From the NCBI GenBank assembly GCA_965214935.1, contig CBDCCS010000022.1, positions 64,001 through 128,000 on the forward strand: 64,000 bases of DNA. Direction: 5' to 3'. The stretch is from Candidatus Velthaea sp. (GTDB taxonomy: Bacteria; Vulcanimicrobiota; Vulcanimicrobiia; Vulcanimicrobiales; Vulcanimicrobiaceae). How positions within the stretch are numbered: the first letter of the stretch is position 1; each line of letters opens with the position of its first letter. This document shows, piece after piece, positions 56,121-64,000 of the stretch. The position numbers and the translations under genes were made by a program. The notes under the pieces were generated by a model. That model searched no databases and was not told where the DNA came from. It worked only from the letters and a program-made list of their open reading frames with translations.

Positions 56121-56823
56121 GCGCACGCGAGCGCGGAAGCGTGCGGCGCCGGCGCGGTTCGCTTTGCATCGCAAGTGTTTGACCCGGAAGCGTCACGGTG
56201 AAAACCGCGCCGCCCAAGGGCGCGTCGGAAACGGCGATCGAGCCGCCATGCCGCGCGACGAACTGCTGCGTTAACGCAAGTCCGATGCCGCTTTGGGTTG
56301 CACGCGACGGCGTTTGTGTCGTACGCGGCTCAAGCAACCGTGCGCGCAGCGCCTGCTCGAGTCCCGGACCTTCGTCGCTGATTCGTACCCGAACGTGCGT
56401 CGCGTCGCGAACGCAGTCGACGTGCACTTCGCCGCCGGCGGGCGTCGAGCGAATGGCGTTGATGAGAATATTCGTAACGATCTCGGCAATGCGAGCCGGG
56501 TCGCCGACAAACGCCGGCAGGCCGCTATGCACTTCGTCGCAGATGTGCATCGTCAACAAGACGCCGCACTCCGCTGCAAAGCCTTCCATTGCAACAACAT
56601 GCGTTGCAACAAGGCGGCAGACATCGATTGAAACGGCGAGCGTTTTAAAGCGAACGACGCGATCGCTCGGGAGGTCGTCGATAATGCGGTCGACGGCGTG
56701 CAGTGCTGCAAACAGCGCTTCCAAGCGCGTATCGCTCGGTTCGAGTTTCCGATCGAGAAACGCTTCGATCCCCGCCATTGCGACGGCTAGATGGTTACGC
56801 ATTTCGTGAATCGCGGTTCGCAT
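56056..56823 (-). CDS. Sensor-less histidine kinase (HisKA + HATPase_c, BaeS-like)
   Basis: H-box HEMRNHL near the N-terminus, N-box NILINA, G1 DEGPG, G2 SGIGL, HGGSI, GGAVFTVTLP. Confidence 0.85.
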   Translation of the reverse strand: MRTAIHEMRNHLAVAMAGIEAFLDRKLEPSDTRLEALFAALHAVDRIIDDLPSDRVVRFKTLAVSIDVCRLVATHVVAMEGFAAECGVLLTMHICDEVHSGLPAFVGDPARIAEIVTNILINAIRSTPAGGEVHVDCVRDATHVRVRISDEGPGLEQALRARLLEPRTTQTPSRATQSGIGLALTQQFVARHGGSIAVSDAPLGGAVFTVTLPGQTLAMQSEPRRRRTLPRSRAPRTLPLRATRERLQRDAVRAL

Positions 56824-57050
56824 CGTCGGCTCCGATCGCGTTCTGGGCCGGTCGCTCGTGCGCGTTGCTCGCGTTCCATAAAAGGAGTCCGCGATTGGTG
56901 CAGATCTCGCCAAGCGTCCATGACCGAGCGTAGCAGCGGAACGTCGAGCCGGCCATCGTTAAAAGCGCGATAGACAGCCGAACGTCTCGCTCGCGACTCG
57001 CGGCTTGCCTCTGGTCGCTGTTCGTTGGCCGTTCGATCAGTGTTTTCCAC
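56787..57050 (-). CDS. Possible small hypothetical protein upstream of the kinase
   Basis: 87-aa GTG ORF overlapping the kinase start; no recognisable motif. Confidence 0.3.
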   Translation of the reverse strand: MENTDRTANEQRPEASRESRARRSAVYRAFNDGRLDVPLLRSVMDAWRDLHQSRTPFMEREQRARATGPERDRSRRCEPRFTKCVTI

Positions 57051-57154
57051 GATACCGGCACGCGCGCCGCCGGACTATACTCGTCTATACGTCGATTCGG
57101 ATAGCGCGAGCCGTTGAGCGCTTACGCCGTCGTGCGTTCAGAAAAGGTCGTTAT

Positions 57155-57964
57155 ATGTTCGGATTCGTCGGCCCATTCATTCTTTTCATGATCGTTGCGA
57201 CGGTTCTGAGCGCATCGGTCAAAGTGCTGCGCGAGTACGAGCGCGCCGTCGTCTTTCAACTCGGACGCTTTACTCGCGTGAAAGGGCCGGGTCTTGTATT
57301 CCTCATTCCACTCGTTCAGCAAATCGTTCGCGTCGATCTGCGCACGGTGGTCATGGAAGTACCGAGCCAAGATCTCATCTCGCGCGACAACGTCTCGGTC
57401 AAGGTCGATGCCGTGCTCTACTTTCATGTGGTCGATCCGGCGAAATCCGTCATTCAAGTCGAACAATTCGTTGCCGCGACCAATCTGCTGGCACAAACGA
57501 CATTGCGCTCCGTCCTCGGGCAGCACGATTTGGACGAAATGCTGTCGGAACGAGCGAAGCTCAACGCGGACGTCAAAGAGATTCTCGACGCCCGGACGGA
57601 AGCGTGGGGGATCGAAGTAACCGCCGTCGAGATCCGCGACGTTGCGCTTACCGAAAACATGGTTAAAGCGATCGCAAAGCAAGCCGAAGCCGAACGCGAC
57701 CGGCGGGCGAAAGTCATTCATGCTGAAGCGGAATTCCAAGCCGCGCAAGTCCTTACGAATGCAGCGGCAATTCTCGCGTCGGTTCCGGCCGCGATGCAAC
57801 TGCGTTACTTACAGACGTTGACCGAAGTCGGGGGTGAAAGTAATTCGACGATCATCTTCCCGATGCCGATCGACCTTATTAAACCGTTTCTCGATATATT
57901 CGAAAAGCGAGCGACGCCACCAACAGCTGCGGTCGCGAACGGAATCAAGCTGCCGGCGCTATAA
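57155..57964 (+). CDS. SPFH/stomatin (slipin) family protein
   Basis: EYERAVVFQLGR, RVDLRT, SRDNVSVKVDAV, AQTTLRSVLG, QAEAERDRRAK, AMQLRYLQTL. Confidence 0.95.
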   Translation: MFGFVGPFILFMIVATVLSASVKVLREYERAVVFQLGRFTRVKGPGLVFLIPLVQQIVRVDLRTVVMEVPSQDLISRDNVSVKVDAVLYFHVVDPAKSVIQVEQFVAATNLLAQTTLRSVLGQHDLDEMLSERAKLNADVKEILDARTEAWGIEVTAVEIRDVALTENMVKAIAKQAEAERDRRAKVIHAEAEFQAAQVLTNAAAILASVPAAMQLRYLQTLTEVGGESNSTIIFPMPIDLIKPFLDIFEKRATPPTAAVANGIKLPAL

Positions 57965-57995
57965 CCGGCACATGGGTCCATCCTAACGGCAGCCT

Positions 57996-58547
57996 TTACT
58001 TACTACTTGTCGCCGCCGCGATGCTTGACGCACGAACGCGCGGCTGGCCCTCACTCACGCGAAGCGCATTGGCAAACGTGCGTTCCTGGACTTCAATTTC
58101 CCCAATGATTTGCTCGAGCAACACGTGACCGGTGACCCGCGCAAAATAGCGGCCGACGATCCGATCGAAAAGAGCGCCGGTCAGTCCGAACGGCGGCGTG
58201 TAGCCGTACTGCAACACGATTTCGGTCAAGCCGTCGCCGGCAATCCGAAAACTGAGTATGCCGTGCAGATTCGGCAAGTAGCGTGCGCCGGCTTCCCAGT
58301 GAAACGACAACGCCTCGTGTGCCCGGCTCCGGTCATCGTTGTCTTCAGTCATATGAAAGCTGAGTGCGACTCGGCGCTGCAAGCCGCCGCGGATCGGCAG
58401 ACCGAAAGCGCGATACGGAAACATGACGAACGCTTCGTTCGCCGTACCGTTGAAACGCTTGAGATATCCGGCGGCATGTTCGAGTGCGATCGAGTACGGA
58501 CAGTGGGCGATACCGGAGGTGGCAAACATCGGCGTAGAGTTCGACAT
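57996..58547 (-). CDS. Uncharacterised START/SRPBCC-like protein, paralogue C
   Basis: HCPYS; W....YLPNLHGIL...YTPPFGLTGALFDRIVGRYFA..T...LL..I...IE. Confidence 0.75.
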   Translation of the reverse strand: MSNSTPMFATSGIAHCPYSIALEHAAGYLKRFNGTANEAFVMFPYRAFGLPIRGGLQRRVALSFHMTEDNDDRSRAHEALSFHWEAGARYLPNLHGILSFRIAGDGLTEIVLQYGYTPPFGLTGALFDRIVGRYFARVTGHVLLEQIIGEIEVQERTFANALRVSEGQPRVRASSIAAATSSK

Positions 58548-59213
58548 TTCGACCTGCTTTCTCACATCGAACGGCGCGCCAACGTCGCGATATTAAAATA
58601 TTTAATTTCCTGGCCGGACGACGCGATAACGCGCTCACATCATCCCAACGCACGCGTGTAAGGATTCCCAATGCTCCATTCGCTCACCTCTGCGGTGCGC
58701 AAAATGCAGGAACATATCATCGCCGGCTTGCGTACGACGTCTAATTACCGCTTGAGTCGCGTTGCGAGACGTTATACAGCGACGTGATTACATCGGCATG
58801 CTGCACCGAAAAGCTGGCGCTTCTCGAACGCATGCCGACGGCCGCAGGCGCAGCATGTTCGCCGATCAACTCAAGTACGGCTTTTCGCCACATCATTGAA
58901 GCACATTTGCGGCGACCGCGACCTCATTGAGTTCTGTCGAGCGCGCACTATGGGTCGGTTGCGCGCGGAGCGATGCTGTACGAATGGCCTTTACTTCGCA
59001 ACTTTATAAGCGTAGAGTACGAAGGTGCACAACGAAATTGTGTAACGGCCGGCCGACTTAGCAACTGCAAGATCCACATGAACATTTTCCGGCATGCCGA
59101 GTCACGTGTGCATGGTTTTTTTGTCGTCAATCCCACTTTTCCACGATATCAGACCGGCCGGCCTCCGGCTACAGTGTTTGCATGTACAGGGTGGCGAATT
59201 GCTCCGGAGCCGC

Positions 59214-59756
59214 ATGACGAGCGATGTCAGCGGACGGCTTGATGTGCTTTGCCCCGACCGTGAGGCGATGCGGCACCTGACATTCTTCTTGGAGCAGCAC
59301 GTGCTCGCTTCGGGTGCTGTTGCGTTGACACTCCGGCTTCCCGGCAAGCTGTTCACGACACGCCGCATGCCGCTCGAACGCCGATTTTATGCGACGCTCT
59401 CGACGCTGCGATCGGCGAGCGATCCGGGTCAAATGTATTCGGTTAAACTAGCGCATACATCGATGTCGTCGCCGTATGTTTCGGGCACGCTCGCAATCAG
59501 GGCAAGTCATGCCGACGATTGCCTCGGGTTAATTTTGGCCGGTCGTCACGAACCACAATCCGATGTTGTCGATAGCCCGTTCGATTCTACGGAAGGACAT
59601 CGAATCGCTCAGGCATCGGTGTTGGCTCTGCTGCGCTCGATCGCTACACCCATCGAAGTCGCAAGCGCCCGAAACGAAGCCGCGCATGCCGGTAAGCATG
59701 CGATACGCTTACAAAGCGTCGGCACCAATCTTACTATAGCAACAGCGATGACGTAG
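59214..59756 (+). CDS. Uncharacterised START/SRPBCC-like protein, paralogue D (degenerate motif, possibly decaying)
   Basis: SPYVSGTLAI...LILAGRHEPQSD....FD...GHRIAQAS...LL..IA..IE; closest to paralogue B. Confidence 0.6.
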   Translation: MTSDVSGRLDVLCPDREAMRHLTFFLEQHVLASGAVALTLRLPGKLFTTRRMPLERRFYATLSTLRSASDPGQMYSVKLAHTSMSSPYVSGTLAIRASHADDCLGLILAGRHEPQSDVVDSPFDSTEGHRIAQASVLALLRSIATPIEVASARNEAAHAGKHAIRLQSVGTNLTIATAMT

Positions 59757-60133
59757 CCGCTGCGTGGAATGCTGACAAGTCACGCGTATTGTAAGTCGTC
59801 GATTCTTGCAAACGCCTTTCGTAGATCTCGCCATCACAGACATGTAGCGAAGTTGCGAATGTTCGGCAACGGCTTGTTGGAACGCACTTCGCCAAATGAA
59901 AAACCAACTTGGCGGTCAGGTGGCATGTGCACCAGCGGAAACCCGATCGGGTAGTGCGGCTCGAGGGCGAACGCAAGCGCAGGCGCCTCGCGCTCCGGAA
60001 GTTGCCGCACTACGAATGAACCTTCAGGTGTTTCCGAGCCGGTATTGTTGCCGACTATGCCCTTTACCTCAGGTTGATAGGATGGGCCACCGATAGCGTA
60101 TGGTAAGAGAGGGCTTGGAGCGGCGACAGGACG

Positions 60134-61348
60134 ATGAAATTCAATACGCAACTTGCGAGTCGGCTAGCGTCGGCGGTCCTTGCCCTCGTCTTTGTCGCGC
60201 TCGTCATCTTTACAATCCTCGGCTTTGCCACGATCGGCGTTGCTACCCGGCAAACGCAAACGGCGGTCGCGCTCAGCGAGCGCTATGCGTTCGTGGAACG
60301 TCAATTATGGAAAGAAGCGTCGCTCGTACGCGTCCACGGCGTTGACTGGCAAAATGCGGACTGGTATGCGAACCTCTACGCCGAACGGGCCGCCGCCGAT
60401 GCGATTGAATCGACACTGACCGAAATTGCCGATCATGGCGGCAACACGGATCGTCTACTGGCAGCAAAGACACTTGCAATTCATACGAGCTATGTCGATT
60501 TGCTGCGACAGCTCTTCGCTGAGGTCGACGAACACGCACCTCAAGCGAATACCACATTCGAGCGCTCGACGCGTATGTTCGACATAATGGAAAGCCGTAT
60601 CGATCGGCGTGCGTCGGAACAGCATGCAATCGCAACGGCGGCACTCGTTCGCTTGAACGATACGCAAACACGGATATCTCAGCTCTGTCTCCTTGCGGCC
60701 GTCCTGGGTGCAGCCGTAGTTGCACTTTCCGTTTGGATCATCTTGCGGTATCGCCGTGCAATGGAATGCTCGCGCCTCGCCGAGTTGGCACGGCTTGCCG
60801 AAGCTTCGTTAACCGATACGCTGACAAAACTGGGGAATCATCGTGCGTATCAGGACGATCTTGAGCGCGAGCTTGCGCGAAGTGAACGCCATGGTGGAAC
60901 GGTTTCGTTGGCACTTATCGATATCGATAATTTCAAGAACGTTAATGATACAAAGGGGCACATCGAAGGCGATCGGGTCTTAGCGACCGTCGGGACATTA
61001 CTTCTCGGATTGCGGAAATCGGACCGCAGCTTTCGCTTAGGTGGCGATGAGTTCGCCGTCGTACTCTCAAACACGAAGTCAGCCGACGCACACGCGACGA
61101 TGGATCGTTTACGGCGCGACGTTTCGACGGCGCTCGCTGGTATCACGATCAGCGTCGGTATCTCATCGACGAACGCACATGATCTCGACGGCGTGACGCT
61201 GCGCGAGTATGCCGATGCTGCGCTGTATGCCGCGAAGAGCCACGGACGAAATACTGTCCTAACGTATGCCGAATCGCAGATTAGGTCGATCGTCCTTCCA
61301 ACCGGGAAAGATCGCGCGATACATTCTCTGGTCGCCGAGGAAGTCTAG
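60134..61348 (+). CDS. Membrane-anchored diguanylate cyclase (GGDEF)
   Basis: Two TM helices flanking a helical sensor; TDTLTKLGNHR, DIDNFKNVND..GH..GD, RKSD + GGDEF, ADAALYAAK..GRN. Confidence 0.9.
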   Translation: MKFNTQLASRLASAVLALVFVALVIFTILGFATIGVATRQTQTAVALSERYAFVERQLWKEASLVRVHGVDWQNADWYANLYAERAAADAIESTLTEIADHGGNTDRLLAAKTLAIHTSYVDLLRQLFAEVDEHAPQANTTFERSTRMFDIMESRIDRRASEQHAIATAALVRLNDTQTRISQLCLLAAVLGAAVVALSVWIILRYRRAMECSRLAELARLAEASLTDTLTKLGNHRAYQDDLERELARSERHGGTVSLALIDIDNFKNVNDTKGHIEGDRVLATVGTLLLGLRKSDRSFRLGGDEFAVVLSNTKSADAHATMDRLRRDVSTALAGITISVGISSTNAHDLDGVTLREYADAALYAAKSHGRNTVLTYAESQIRSIVLPTGKDRAIHSLVAEEV

Positions 61349-61385
61349 CCATCCGAGGTCCGTGTTCGGCGGCACGTTCAGCGCG

Positions 61386-62135
61386 CTAAACGCGCTCCAA
61401 CCTGCGAGCAACAGTTATCTCGTCGAACGAGCGAAACATCGGGAAAGCAACGTGCACCGGCGCGATCTTAGCGGCGCCGGTTAAAGCAGCACCGTCGTCT
61501 TGCTCGCGCGCAACAAGCGCGACTTGCCACCCGGCAGCGTGCGCCGCTTCAAGTTCCACGTCGCGATCGGACAAGAAGAGAATGTCGGCCGGCGTCATTG
61601 CAATCTCCGCGCTTATGCGCCGGTACGCATCGGCTTCGATCTTCGCGCCGATCATCGTATCGAAATAGCCGCGGAATAGCGGCGTTAGATCGCCCGCCGT
61701 ACTATGTTCGAACAACAGCTTCTGTGCCGCGATCGAGCCCGATGAATAGACGTACAGTGGAAGCCCGGCAGCGTGCCAGCGCCTCAAGCCCGCGGCGGCG
61801 TCGGCATACACGTGTCCCCGCAGCACGCCTTGCGCGTAGCCCTCGGCCCAAATGTACCCTTGCAGCGTTTTGAGCGGCGTCGCTTTGCGATCCTCATCGA
61901 TCCAAGCCCGCAGGATGGCAGCGATACGGTCGTCCGAAGCATCGGGCTCGCCGGCTAACGCCGCGGCGTCGCGTAGCGCTTGCGTAACGAGCGCATCATC
62001 GCGCTTCGCCCGCAAAAAGATATCGATGCGTTCGCGCGCGTACGGAAAGAGCACGTCGTGAACGAATGCGACCGACCCGGTCGTACCTTCTATATCGGTA
62101 ACGACTGCGCCGCAGTGAAACCGCGGCGCAGTCAT
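61386..62135 (-). CDS. mtnC: Acireductone synthase (enolase-phosphatase E1)
   Basis: TDIEGTT, FVHDVLFPYA, DRKATPLKTLQG.IW, YVYSSGS..AQKLLF, LFLSD. Confidence 0.95.
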   Translation of the reverse strand: MTAPRFHCGAVVTDIEGTTGSVAFVHDVLFPYARERIDIFLRAKRDDALVTQALRDAAALAGEPDASDDRIAAILRAWIDEDRKATPLKTLQGYIWAEGYAQGVLRGHVYADAAAGLRRWHAAGLPLYVYSSGSIAAQKLLFEHSTAGDLTPLFRGYFDTMIGAKIEADAYRRISAEIAMTPADILFLSDRDVELEAAHAAGWQVALVAREQDDGAALTGAAKIAPVHVAFPMFRSFDEITVARRLERV

Positions 62136-62144
62136 GGCGTCTCG

Positions 62145-62705
62145 CTATTCGTAGCGAGGAAAGCGCGCCGCGATTGTATCGCCGGTAAATTCCGGCACCC
62201 AGCCGGTTTGATTGTTGAACCAGCGAATCGCGATGAACTCAGGATCCGGCCCCATGTCGAACCAGTGCCGCGTTCCGGCCGGTACGCTGATGAGATCGCC
62301 GCGGACGCAAATGGCCTGATAGACACGCCCGCCCAGGCGTAGATAGAACGAACCGGAGCCGGCGACAAAAAACCGAACTTCGTCTTCGGTGTGCGCGTGT
62401 TCGTCGAGGAATTTGCGCCGAACGGCATCGACGTTCGGCGTGCCTTTGGCGAGCGCCAACACGTCGACGGTCGCATAACCGCCGGCTTGCTGCACGCGTT
62501 CGACCGATGACCGATAAGCGGCGAGGATCGTCGCATGGTCGGCTCCCGCGGGCAGTTCGCGATCTGCATTCCAGCGCTCGAAACGTACGCCGACTTCGGC
62601 AAGTTCGCGCGCAATCTCGGCGCCGTCGGTAACCTCACGCGAAACACTCGCGTCGGCCTCATCAAAAATCCGCAAGGTCGAACGCTGTTCGGTTATAACG
62701 CTCAT
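62145..62705 (-). CDS. mtnD: Acireductone dioxygenase
   Basis: GVRFERW, FLDEHAHTEDEVRFF, GDLISVPAGTRHWFDMG. Confidence 0.95.
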   Translation of the reverse strand: MSVITEQRSTLRIFDEADASVSREVTDGAEIARELAEVGVRFERWNADRELPAGADHATILAAYRSSVERVQQAGGYATVDVLALAKGTPNVDAVRRKFLDEHAHTEDEVRFFVAGSGSFYLRLGGRVYQAICVRGDLISVPAGTRHWFDMGPDPEFIAIRWFNNQTGWVPEFTGDTIAARFPRYE

Positions 62706-63325
62706 CGGCTAAGTCTCCGTTCTTCAAGGGTACAGCAAAGTAAGAACTCGATGCCTTCGAGATGGCGGCGCGCTTCTTCCATCGTGCGCCCCCAAACGTA
62801 TAAACCGTGCCCGGCGAGCAAGTAGCCCGGAACGGATGACGCATTGCCTAACCGCGCTTCAACGCGTGCCGCTAAGGCAACCGTGTCTTGCGCGTTGTCA
62901 AAAATCGGCAGTACCACATCCGACTCATGCGTCGTGATGCCGTTCAACGCTTTATGCATCTCGAAGCCCGACAGCCACAGCACGCCGTCACGTGCATACA
63001 GCCGCGAGAGCACCGTGGCGGCTACGGTATGCACGTGGACGACTGCACCGATGGTTGCATCCGCACGATAACGCGCCAGATGAAGCGGCGTCTCGGCCGA
63101 CATGCCGGGCGGAATCGGACCGTGCAGGCCGACGGCTGCAATCTGCGCCGAACCCAGCGCCCCCTTATCAACGCCCGACCGCGTAATCGCAATTGTCTCG
63201 GCGTCGATCCGGGCAGAAAAGTTACCGCTCGTGGCGGGCACCCAATTGCGAGCGGACGCAAATCGGCCGATCGCAGCGATCGCTTCGACGACGGCCGTGT
63301 CGACGGCCGGCTCTAGCTCCATCAT
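62702..63325 (-). CDS. mtnB: Methylthioribulose-1-phosphate dehydratase
   Basis: PATSGNFSAR, TRSGVDKG, SAETPLH, HVH, FDNAQD, GHGLYVWG. Confidence 0.95.
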   Translation of the reverse strand: MMELEPAVDTAVVEAIAAIGRFASARNWVPATSGNFSARIDAETIAITRSGVDKGALGSAQIAAVGLHGPIPPGMSAETPLHLARYRADATIGAVVHVHTVAATVLSRLYARDGVLWLSGFEMHKALNGITTHESDVVLPIFDNAQDTVALAARVEARLGNASSVPGYLLAGHGLYVWGRTMEEARRHLEGIEFLLCCTLEERRLSR

Positions 63326-63376
63326 CACTGCTACGACCGTTCCAGGGCAGCCACGGTTGCGCACGAACCCCACTGG

Positions 63377-64000
63377 ATGATCGTCAAGACGTCGCATGTG
63401 GATCTGCCGGCGGAGCAAACGCCGATGCGTTTGCTCGTCGCTGAACCGGCGACGAATACCGGCCGCTATCCCGGCCTGCTACTCTTTAGCGACATCTTTG
63501 CGCTGACGCCGTCGATGACGCGAGCCGTCATTCGCTTTGCCAGCTACGGGTTTGTCGTCGCGGCGCCGGAATTCTATCACCGCACCGAAGCGCCCGGAAC
63601 GTTCATCCCCTTCGAAGCCCGCGAGCATGCGTTCGCAGCAATGGAAGCAACGCTGGCCGAGCACTTCGATGCCGACACGCGAACGGCGCTCGACTACCTC
63701 GGGACGCATCCGCGCGTACGCACGGGTGCGCTCGGCGTTACCGGCTTTTGCATCGGCGGGCATCTCACGGTACGGGCGGCACTACAACCGGACGTCCGCG
63801 CCGGCGTTGCGTTTTACCCGACCGGCCTCCACGCGAATTCGCTGGGCGGAAGCGCCGACGCCGACACGCTCAGCCACGTCGAAAAAGGCGGCATTGCAGG
63901 CCGTGTTTCTCTTGTTTTCGGCAGCAAAGACCCGCACATTCCACTCGATGCGATCACCAAGGTCCAGACGGCATTTGCCGGCAGCCGCACCGACTATCTC
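63377..64000 (+). CDS. Dienelactone hydrolase family protein (3' partial)
   Basis: Translated by hand from ATG 63377: YPGLLLFSDIF, GFVVAAPEFY, GFCIGG nucleophile elbow, FGSKDPH. Runs off the window. Confidence 0.88.
   Translation, partial: MIVKTSHVDLPAEQTPMRLLVAEPATNTGRYPGLLLFSDIFALTPSMTRAVIRFASYGFVVAAPEFYHRTEAPGTFIPFEAREHAFAAMEATLAEHFDADTRTALDYLGTHPRVRTGALGVTGFCIGGHLTVRAALQPDVRAGVAFYPTGLHANSLGGSADADTLSHVEKGGIAGRVSLVFGSKDPHIPLDAITKVQTAFAGSRTDYL

Noticed and set aside
58570..59210. Long spacer with an AT-rich near-palindrome (ATTAAAATATTTAAT) and CACAA-N5-TTGTG, possible ncRNA or operator
   Set aside because: No recognisable RNA family and no repeat of these motifs elsewhere; no call can be supported.
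59834..60151. 105-aa minus-strand ORF
   Set aside because: It overlaps the start and probable promoter of the GGDEF gene and has no motif.
1..64000. CRISPR array, IS/transposase, integrase, rRNA, defence systems
   Set aside because: No regularly spaced repeat-spacer array and no ORFs with such motifs were seen.

Overview
GC-rich bacterial chromosomal segment. Gene content and signal-peptide style suggest a soil diderm, possibly Eremiobacterota/Vulcanimicrobiota; this is inference only. Left to right: (1) a partial PAS-GGDEF-EAL gene, methylmalonyl-CoA mutase large subunit plus epimerase, and a tandem pair of paralogous exported proteins; (2) a peptidoglycan-recycling operon (ABC ATPase-nagZ-serine hydrolase-anmK-BadF-type kinase-murQ) with a DUF4127 gene; (3) a fatty acid desaturase, tpx, a beta-propeller phosphoesterase and an Asp-box (VPS10-like) protein; (4) a general-stress cluster (RsbU-like phosphatase, DUF3618, holin-like, two DUF4142, SDR, Zn-ADH, SRPBCC, two aldo-keto reductases) with SigB/SigF-like promoter motifs; (5) an accessory region ending at tRNA-Asn (S53 protease, carboxylesterase, Acg nitroreductase, amidohydrolase pseudogene, phytoene-desaturase-like oxidoreductase, oleate hydratase, thioredoxin/DCC1); (6) a putative low-oxygen module; (7) a diguanylate cyclase, mtnBDC and a partial dienelactone hydrolase. 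Module (6) is the best candidate for an undescribed system. It holds a ba3-type heme-copper oxidase (IIa, II, I, SCO), an OmpR-family regulator followed by a stand-alone HisKA-like protein, a sensor-less histidine kinase, acetate kinase, a USP, an SPFH protein and four paralogues of an uncharacterised START/SRPBCC-like family, with 11-bp-periodic TTCAC repeats at three promoters. No CRISPR array, rRNA, transposase or integrase was seen. All family calls come from motif recognition by eye; no searches were run.
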